A stretch of DNA of 64,000 bases from IMG/VR virus record IMGVR_UViG_3300021514_000002, positions 288,001 to 352,000 of that record; one strand, written 5' to 3'. How positions within the stretch are numbered: the stretch's first letter is position 1; every line of letters begins with the position of its first letter. Source of the DNA: a virus (lineage: Duplodnaviria; Caudoviricetes). The translations under genes were made by a program, and so were the position numbers. Positions 57,102 to 64,000 of the stretch are shown here, in pieces. The notes beneath the pieces were generated by a model that worked only from the letters and a program-made list of their open reading frames with translations, was not told the DNA's origin and did not search any database.

Positions 57102-58441
57102 ATAGTGCATTAGAACATATAACCAAATTTCTTCATGGGCATGAAGAAGATGACCAAGTAGTTAGTTTACTACATACGTTTGCTAAGTATGCTTGGCAAT
57201 TTGAAGAGTATGATGATATTGCAAAATGCTTTTTTAAGATTAAAGATTATAAAGAAGCGATGAAGTTTGGTGAACTAACTTTAACTACTGCATATACGAA
57301 CGAGAAAATGTGGACATCAAGAACAAATTTAATTAATATATTCAACCATGCTAATTATCCAGAAAAGGCAATGGATTTAATTAAAATTCAGGAACGACTC
57401 ATTCCTGATGACCAAGATACAAGACTTGAAAAAGCATTTTCTTATTTCTTAATGAATGATAGGGATAGTGCAGAAGCTATTTTATTAAAAGAATTAGAAC
57501 GCGATGATTTAAAAGAAGAGACAAAAACTAAACTTGAATTCAATCTTGGGACATATAATTTATGGCGGGATGAATTTCAAAAAGGATTAAGACGGTTCTT
57601 ACTTGAAGGCGAGAAGTTAGATTACTGGCGCAAAACAAAATTACCATTCAAGTTTTGGGATGGTGGAATAATGCCAGGTAGGAATATTATTCTTTATGCG
57701 GAAGCAGGTATCGGCGATGAGATAATTAATGTTCGTTTTATGAAACATTTTGAAGATGTTGGTATGAAGCCCATCTGGTTTTCGGATAGGAAAGACTTGG
57801 TTGAAATTTTCAATGCGTGTGGATTTAATGCAACTTCTGATAAGAGTAAAATTATGGGATTGGAAAATCCTGTCTGGACATATCCAATGTCTGTACCAAT
57901 CTATCTTGGATTAGAATATAAAGATTTGTGGAATGGACAATATATTAAATCATTACCAGAATATGATGAAAAGTGGGATTGGTTGAAAAGCGACAAGTTA
58001 AAGATCGGCATCAGATGGGAAGGAAACCCAGATTATGATCAAGACTTACACAGGTCAGTTCCACTTGATGGAATAATGAATGCACTTGATGGTGTAGATG
58101 CAGAATTTATTTCTTTACAACGCGATACAGGATTAGAACAATTAGAACAATTCCCTGACATTCTTAATCTTTCGGAACGGTTGGAAACATTCAAAGATAC
58201 ATTATCCGTAATACATAATCTTGATGTTGTGATAACATCTTGTACATCTATCGTTCATGCTGCCGCCGCTATGGGCAAAAAGACAATTTTATTAACACCA
58301 ATATCAGCGTATTATACTTGGTCACATTCAACGGAATTTAGTCCTTGGTATAATGATAATGTAACAATATTAAGACAACAAAGTCCAAGAGTATGGGATG
58401 AGCCATTGGAACAATTAAAACAACTTAGTGTGGATTTATAA
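57098..58441 (+). CDS. TPR-like + GT-B (GT9-like) glycosyltransferase
   Basis: Helical N-terminus; EAGIGDEI..VRF, GIRW.GNP, ISLQ, LDVVITSCTS..H.AAAMGK. Confidence 0.8.
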   Translation: MNSALEHITKFLHGHEEDDQVVSLLHTFAKYAWQFEEYDDIAKCFFKIKDYKEAMKFGELTLTTAYTNEKMWTSRTNLINIFNHANYPEKAMDLIKIQERLIPDDQDTRLEKAFSYFLMNDRDSAEAILLKELERDDLKEETKTKLEFNLGTYNLWRDEFQKGLRRFLLEGEKLDYWRKTKLPFKFWDGGIMPGRNIILYAEAGIGDEIINVRFMKHFEDVGMKPIWFSDRKDLVEIFNACGFNATSDKSKIMGLENPVWTYPMSVPIYLGLEYKDLWNGQYIKSLPEYDEKWDWLKSDKLKIGIRWEGNPDYDQDLHRSVPLDGIMNALDGVDAEFISLQRDTGLEQLEQFPDILNLSERLETFKDTLSVIHNLDVVITSCTSIVHAAAAMGKKTILLTPISAYYTWSHSTEFSPWYNDNVTILRQQSPRVWDEPLEQLKQLSVDL

Positions 58442-58482
58442 CCTATTTTAATAGCAACTTAATATTTAATCGTAATAAATAA

Positions 58483-58511
58483 TTGACAAGGGGTTTACAA
58501 TAGTGTAAGCT
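58483..58511 (+). promoter_or_regulatory. sigma70-type promoter for gp32-uvsX
   Basis: TTGACA-17 bp-TAAGCT. Confidence 0.65.
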
Positions 58512-58610
58512 TCTTTCCATTGATGGGCAATGGATAAAAATAACCCATTTATATAACCATTAGAAGCGAAAGCATAATAATAATAATAAGAAATGAAGGA
58601 GATGCGAATA

Positions 58611-59480
58611 ATGGCATTATCATTAGAGCAGCTAACGGCTGCATTCAAAAAACAAGATACAACAGAAAGTCGACCAAACAACTATTACCGTTTTTGGGAT
58701 ATGAAAACGGACGAACGCGCAGTTGTAAGATTCCTACCAGATACAAACAAAGACAACCCACTTGGTTTTATGGTTGAAAAACTAATGCACACATTGGAAA
58801 TCAATGGTGAAACCAAATCAATACCTTGCTTAAAAATGTTCGGCGAAGAATGTCCGATTTGTAAAGTTTCGTCTGCGTATTACAAAGATGAAGGTAAAGG
58901 TAGTGTTAACGGTAAGAAGTACTGGAGAAATAAGCAACATATTGTTCAGGTACTTATCGTAGAAGATCCACTTGCACCCGATCCAGAAACTGGTGAAAAT
59001 AATGAAGGTAAAGTTAAGTTTCTTAACATGGGCTACCAATTATATAGCGTAATCAAAGAAGCATTTGAAAGTGGCGAATTAGATAACATTCCATACCTTT
59101 ATGAAGGTGGTTGTGATTTCATTATCAAGAAATCTGATCTTGGTGGTCGCGCAAAATATGACGTTGGTTCTAAATTTGCACGTCGTAGTTCCGATCTTAC
59201 GGAAGATGAAGTAGCAGCAGCAGAAGATGAAATGGTAGATTTATCTACACTTCTTCCTGCAAGTCCAGGTTTAGAAAAAGTAGAATCTATGCTTGAAGCG
59301 GCATTAACAGGTGCTTCATATGAAGACGATTCTGCTGGTGAATCTACACCTGCAACACCTGCTGCTGAGTCAAAGGCCACCCCTGTACCTGAGTCAAAAG
59401 CAGCTTCTGCTGAATATGATGAAGATTCGGATGATATTCTTGCAATAATCCGCAATCGTAAAAATAAAGCCGCTGAATAA
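58611..59480 (+). CDS. gp32: Single-stranded DNA-binding protein gp32
   Basis: RFLP, PC......CPIC, VEDP...EN.GKV, G.DF.IK, acidic C-terminus. Confidence 0.9.
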   Translation: MALSLEQLTAAFKKQDTTESRPNNYYRFWDMKTDERAVVRFLPDTNKDNPLGFMVEKLMHTLEINGETKSIPCLKMFGEECPICKVSSAYYKDEGKGSVNGKKYWRNKQHIVQVLIVEDPLAPDPETGENNEGKVKFLNMGYQLYSVIKEAFESGELDNIPYLYEGGCDFIIKKSDLGGRAKYDVGSKFARRSSDLTEDEVAAAEDEMVDLSTLLPASPGLEKVESMLEAALTGASYEDDSAGESTPATPAAESKATPVPESKAASAEYDEDSDDILAIIRNRKNKAAE

Positions 59481-59485
59481 GACTG

Positions 59486-60412
59486 ATGAGCAAGAAAATC
59501 AGCCACGCTGATTTTGTTAAAAGAGCCAAGGTGGAACATGGAAGTAGATATAATTATAATGAATCATATCATTCTATGTCCACCAAACTTTCTATTATAT
59601 GCAAACATCATGGTGTCTTTAAACAAACGCCGAATAATCATCTACGTGGACAAGGATGTCCGGTATGTGGCGGCTCGATAAAAAGAACTATATCTGATTT
59701 TATTCGTCGCGCTATTGATGTACATGGGGACAGATATGATTATTCACATTCAAGATACACAAATTCGCATTCAAAAATCAATATTAATTGTAATGTGCAC
59801 GGTATTTTTAGTCAAAACGTATTTGATCATTTGAACGGTTCTGGTTGCCCAAAATGTGCAAACAAGCATAAATATACCACAGCAGAATTTATAGAAAAAT
59901 CTAATAATATCCATAGATGTAAATATGATTACTTAAAAACAGTTTATAAAAATTGGAATACAAAGATATCTATTAAATGTCCTATACATGGTTACTTTAT
60001 GCAAGTCCCAAATAATCATTTGCGTGGCCATGGTTGTCCTCGTTGTGCTATAGTAAAATCAAAGAATTATTCATTGAAAGCGATTAAATGGTTAGATTCG
60101 CTTGCGACCGATTCTGATATCAATATTCGTCACGCTCTCAATGGTGGTGAATATATAATACCCCATACTAATCTTAAAGTTGACGGATTTTATGAAAAAT
60201 CTAACACTGTATATGAATTTTATGGCGATGCGTTTCATGGGAATTTGAATATATTTGGCGGTAATTATAAATGTCATCCATATGATAAAAATATTACGGC
60301 CAAAGAACTTTTTGAAAAAACACAATGCCGCGAACTAAAAATTAAAGATATGGGCTACAATATAGTAACCATTTGGGAAAATGAATGGGATAAAATAAAA
60401 GGTAATATATGA
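59486..60412 (+). mobile_element. Putative homing endonuclease: zinc-finger repeats + Vsr/PD-(D/E)XK-like nuclease
   Basis: Three repeats YDY...Y......I.I.C..HG.F.Q....HL.G.GCP.C; C-terminal KVDGF...YEFYGDAFHG; inserted between gp32 and uvsX. Confidence 0.75.
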
Positions 60413-61500
60413 TGGAATTTTTAAAAAATATAACAAAAGATTTAAAAAAATCTGGTTTTGATGTAGGTGCTTCTGAGCCTCCTAGATATTGGTTCAGTAC
60501 GGGCAACTACGTAGTTAACAAAACCCTTGGTGGTAGTTACATGCGCGGTATTCCACAAGGTCGAGTATTGGGATTCGTTGGTGCATCTGGCTCTGGTAAG
60601 TCTTTCATGGTTTGTAATGCAATCCGTGAAGTACAGGAAGAAGGTGCAATTGTTGTAGTATTAGATTCTGAACATGCATTAGATGATGACTTCGTTAGAA
60701 GCGTCGGAGCTAATCCAGATGCAGAAGATTATATCTATATTGATATTGACACCATTCCACAGTGTAAAAAAGTTGTCAGTAAATTTACCACAGATTATAA
60801 AAAACAATATGGGTGTTCACATGATGCTCCTAAAATTGTCATTTTTATTGATAGTCTTGGTATGTTGATGACTGAAACAGAAACCGTTAATTATGACAAG
60901 GGTGTTTCAAAAGGCGATCAAGGTCAACGTAGTAAACAAACCAAACAAATGTTACGTGAATTCGTACAAGCCATTAAACATTTGAATATCTCAATTGTTG
61001 TAACCAGCGACGTTTACAAGAACCAAGATGTTATGAATGGTGAAGGTGTTTGGATTGTGAATGATGCTACTAAGTATTCCTTGTCACATATTGCCTTGTT
61101 AAGTAAACTGAAACTGAAAGACAAAGATGACAAGAAACACGTTCTTGGAATTAACATGAAAGTTGAGGGATATAAGACGAGATTTACGCAACCCTACCAA
61201 ACCGTAACAATTGAAGTTCCATATTTAACAGGAATGGACCCGTATAACGGATTAATAGACGTTGCTAAAAACTTGAATATTTTGACACAAAGAGGCGCGT
61301 ATTATTACCTTGAAGGCCATGAAACAGGTTGGATGAAAAAAGATGGTTGGGACATTCATAAGGTTGCAATCTTGGCACTTTGCGAAGCCCAATGTGATAA
61401 GTTCTTGGATGCGGAAGTGGATGATGCGGATATTAATACCAGTGATGTTAAGTCGGCTAAATCTAAGCGCGTAGCAAAAGGAATGCCAGACGAAGAGTAA
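60409..61500 (+). CDS. uvsX: RecA-like recombinase UvsX
   Basis: STG..VN..LGG, GASGSGKS, LDSEHALD, FIDSLGML. Confidence 0.93.
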   Translation: MMEFLKNITKDLKKSGFDVGASEPPRYWFSTGNYVVNKTLGGSYMRGIPQGRVLGFVGASGSGKSFMVCNAIREVQEEGAIVVVLDSEHALDDDFVRSVGANPDAEDYIYIDIDTIPQCKKVVSKFTTDYKKQYGCSHDAPKIVIFIDSLGMLMTETETVNYDKGVSKGDQGQRSKQTKQMLREFVQAIKHLNISIVVTSDVYKNQDVMNGEGVWIVNDATKYSLSHIALLSKLKLKDKDDKKHVLGINMKVEGYKTRFTQPYQTVTIEVPYLTGMDPYNGLIDVAKNLNILTQRGAYYYLEGHETGWMKKDGWDIHKVAILALCEAQCDKFLDAEVDDADINTSDVKSAKSKRVAKGMPDEE

Positions 61501-61516
61501 CCTCCGAATTAGGGTA

Positions 61517-61545
61517 TTGACTTTAGTAGCCATATATCGTATAAT
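61517..61545 (+). promoter_or_regulatory. sigma70-type promoter overlapped by a 12 bp inverted repeat
   Basis: TTGACT-17 bp-TATAAT. Confidence 0.8.
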
Positions 61546-61566
61546 GTGATATATGGCTATTTTTTT
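61527..61566 (+). terminator. Intrinsic terminator after uvsX
   Basis: TAGCCATATATC-9 nt-GATATATGGCTA followed by a T run. Confidence 0.7.
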
Positions 61567-61577
61567 ATGGAAATCAA

Positions 61578-62654
61578 ATGTTTACACATCAAATTAAAAC
61601 TTTAAGAACAGCACAAGAGCTGATGTCCGACAACATGTTGGTTAAACACTATGCGGGTTCTATTTCATATGGAACAAATTTACCTACATCTGATGTGGAT
61701 TTTCGTGGTGTATTCTGTGCCGATCCTGTTAATATTCGTACACCGTTTTACACTGTGCGTGAATGTGAAGACGTGGCTGAAGAAGATACTAAACTGTATG
61801 AACTTTCCCACTTTATGAAATTATGTTTAGAATGCAATCCTAATATTATAGAAACCCTTTGGGTTGATGATGAAGATATTGTATTCAGAACACCCGCATA
61901 TGATTTGCTTCGCGAACATCGTCATAAATTATTATCTTCTAAAATTGCCTTCACCACATCAGGATATGCAATCTCACAGTTGAAGCGTATTAAGGGGCAT
62001 AATAAATGGATCAATAGTCCACAGCCTTTTGATGCACCAAAACCTAAAGATTATGTTTCGTTGATTCAATATTTTGGCGAAGACAAGATGTTGAAACTTA
62101 ATATTGTTGATTGGAATGAAAATCATCGGTTGATCCCATATGGTGGCGATGTTTTTGGTGTGTATGCTGAACAAGGTCGTCAGATTTTTGATCATGTTGG
62201 TAAATTAAATACCAATTATGAAGGTGACCGTTCTGAATATGAAAAGAAAGTACCGATGATGATTATTAAATTCAATAAAGATGTTTATAAGGAATTTAAA
62301 GTTAAACATGAGATGTATTGGAGTTGGAAAAACAATCGCAATGAATCACGTGCGGAGTTGGAAGAGTCCCATGGATTTGATACGAAACACGCTATGCACC
62401 TTGTAAGATTGTTGCGTATGGGCGTTGAAGCACTTCGTGACGAAGAAATTATTGTTAAGCGTCCCGATGCGGAAGAATTGCTTTCTATTCGTAATGGCGC
62501 ATGGACATATGAAGAAATTGTCGCGTATGCAGAAAAGATGGACAAAGAAGTCCGTGATGTTTGGTATAAGAAAACTAATCTTCCAAAGCGTCCCGATCTT
62601 AAATTTGCTGCTGCATTGTTGATGGACGTACAGGATTCAATTTGGAATGGTTAG
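61578..62654 (+). CDS. Pol-beta-superfamily nucleotidyltransferase (RlaP/COG3541-like)
   Basis: GS.SYGTN..TSDVDFRGVF, NPNIIE.L, K.AMHLVRLL. Confidence 0.85.
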   Translation: MFTHQIKTLRTAQELMSDNMLVKHYAGSISYGTNLPTSDVDFRGVFCADPVNIRTPFYTVRECEDVAEEDTKLYELSHFMKLCLECNPNIIETLWVDDEDIVFRTPAYDLLREHRHKLLSSKIAFTTSGYAISQLKRIKGHNKWINSPQPFDAPKPKDYVSLIQYFGEDKMLKLNIVDWNENHRLIPYGGDVFGVYAEQGRQIFDHVGKLNTNYEGDRSEYEKKVPMMIIKFNKDVYKEFKVKHEMYWSWKNNRNESRAELEESHGFDTKHAMHLVRLLRMGVEALRDEEIIVKRPDAEELLSIRNGAWTYEEIVAYAEKMDKEVRDVWYKKTNLPKRPDLKFAAALLMDVQDSIWNG

Positions 62655-63060
62655 AAAAAAATCAAACGATGGTCTTTTAACATTTGATGAAGATTCGCCA
62701 CTTTACGCTAAAAAGAAATTTAAGCGTAAAGTAAAACCAAAGTCAATAGACATTGTTACGATGAGTGATGAACTTTTACCAAGAAGAACATCTACAATAA
62801 AAAAATCTGTGAATCTTAAAGCGCCAAAATACGCGATTAATTCACCTGCTGATTGTAAACATATATTGCCTGCGTTTAATAAAATGCTTAACAATAAATG
62901 GAAGATACTTGAAACGGGTAATAGTATGAAATCTGCAGAGGTGCCTAATTATATTAGAGGAGCGGCTGTGATCGCAAAAGCAAAACATCCACTTGAATAT
63001 GAAGAACTTATGGTTCTAGTGGCAGTAGCCAAACGACGAATAGTTGAAAAAGTAAATTAA
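62647..63060 (+). CDS. Hypothetical basic protein
   Basis: 137 aa ORF overlapping the previous stop. Confidence 0.6.
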   Translation: MVRKKSNDGLLTFDEDSPLYAKKKFKRKVKPKSIDIVTMSDELLPRRTSTIKKSVNLKAPKYAINSPADCKHILPAFNKMLNNKWKILETGNSMKSAEVPNYIRGAAVIAKAKHPLEYEELMVLVAVAKRRIVEKVN

Positions 63061-63062
63061 AA

Positions 63063-63782
63063 ATGATCAATGAGCAAAAAAATACAGAATTAAAATGGTT
63101 GCGCCAATTATATATTGAAGACCTTAGTAAGATTGTTACTTACAACAAGAACCCTCGTCCGCGTGTTACTCATCCAGGAAAATGGGCAAAGCTTGAAAGC
63201 GTCGTGGCATTGAATGAAAGTGTTAACGAACCATTAATGGTTCCGCCAACAGATACAGATAGGAAAGTTTGGATCTGGAGCGATCAACATTTCTTCCATA
63301 AAAATATTATTGAATTTAGTGAACGTCCATACGATAATGTGGAACAAATGAATGAACATCTAATCGCCAACCATAATGATTATGTCGGTGAAAATGATAT
63401 TAGTATTTGGGTTGGCGATGTCGGGTTTAAAGGTAATACTATCATTAATGAAATGTTAGACCGTTGTAATGGATATAAAATTCTTATTATTGGTAATCAT
63501 GATTTTAATGGCAAAAAATTGCGTGCATTAGCTTTTGATGAAACACATTTGATTTACACTGTTGATTATCCAGACGTAAGTTTGGTACTTACACATTATC
63601 CGATGTATAATGTTCCTAGTCCATGGGTAAACATCCATGGACATCTACATGCATACCCTAATCCAGATTCAGGCCATGCTTTACATATTAATGTGAATTG
63701 TGAAGTGCAAGGATATAAACCAAGGCTATTAGATGATGTTGTTGAACAAGCAAAAATGCGCCTTATTTCATCAAATATATAA
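63063..63782 (+). CDS. Calcineurin-like metallophosphoesterase
   Basis: SDQHFFH.NII, GDV, GNHD, LTHYP, HGHLH. Confidence 0.92.
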   Translation: MINEQKNTELKWLRQLYIEDLSKIVTYNKNPRPRVTHPGKWAKLESVVALNESVNEPLMVPPTDTDRKVWIWSDQHFFHKNIIEFSERPYDNVEQMNEHLIANHNDYVGENDISIWVGDVGFKGNTIINEMLDRCNGYKILIIGNHDFNGKKLRALAFDETHLIYTVDYPDVSLVLTHYPMYNVPSPWVNIHGHLHAYPNPDSGHALHINVNCEVQGYKPRLLDDVVEQAKMRLISSNI

Positions 63783-63798
63783 AATATGAGGGGGGATT

Positions 63799-64000
63799 GT
63801 GCAATCAAATGAAAATGTTAATAATGTAAAGTATAAAGTGTATCTGGATCTTGATGGGGTCTTTGCAGATTTTGTTAAAGGTGTTAAAAAGTTAATACCC
63901 GACTACGATGATACCAAATACCAAAAAGATCCCCAATATCGTAAAAAGATGTGGGATGTTATTGGGGATTATACTACAAGTGGTGGTAAACATTGGACAG
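63799..64000 (+). CDS. HAD-family 5'(3')-deoxyribonucleotidase-like protein (partial)
   Basis: GAGGGGG RBS, GTG start; KVYLDLDGVFADF (HAD motif I); runs off right edge. Confidence 0.8.
   Translation, partial: MQSNENVNNVKYKVYLDLDGVFADFVKGVKKLIPDYDDTKYQKDPQYRKKMWDVIGDYTTSGGKHWT

Noticed and set aside
1-64000. Alternative genetic code (stop-codon recoding, as in some large phages)
   Set aside because: Core genes are full length under the standard code, and all three stop codons terminate genes at sensible positions.

Overview
The window is 64 kb of an AT-rich, large T4-superfamily myovirus genome. No tRNA, rRNA or CRISPR array was recognised by eye. It carries baseplate genes (gp5, gp27-like, gp53, gp48/54-like, gp26, gp51, gp29-like), the late sigma factor gp55, gp47/gp46, RuvC and a DinG-like helicase. 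It also holds the head operon (gp20-core-gp21-gp22-gp23), neck and tail genes (gp13, 14, 15, 18, 19), packaging genes (gp4, gp16, gp17), fibre-like structural genes, an L-Ala-D-Glu endolysin, an RCC1/sulfotransferase/methyltransferase/glycosyltransferase block, gp32, UvsX, nucleotide-processing enzymes and three free-standing homing endonucleases. The most striking unexplained pattern is a set of truncated or inactivated copies of the phage's own assembly proteins. Four tandem mini-genes after gp46 resemble short pieces of the prohead protease, tail sheath, (tentatively) major capsid protein and portal. A second gp23-like gene and a catalytically dead terminase ATPase domain sit between gp16 and gp17. 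Five of these six proteins carry a shared [FY][DE]x[AT]M[EKN][IL][VIL] motif at or near the C-terminus. This looks like a candidate undescribed 'tagged structural mimic/decoy' system; its function is inference only. All similarities were judged by eye, with no database searches run.
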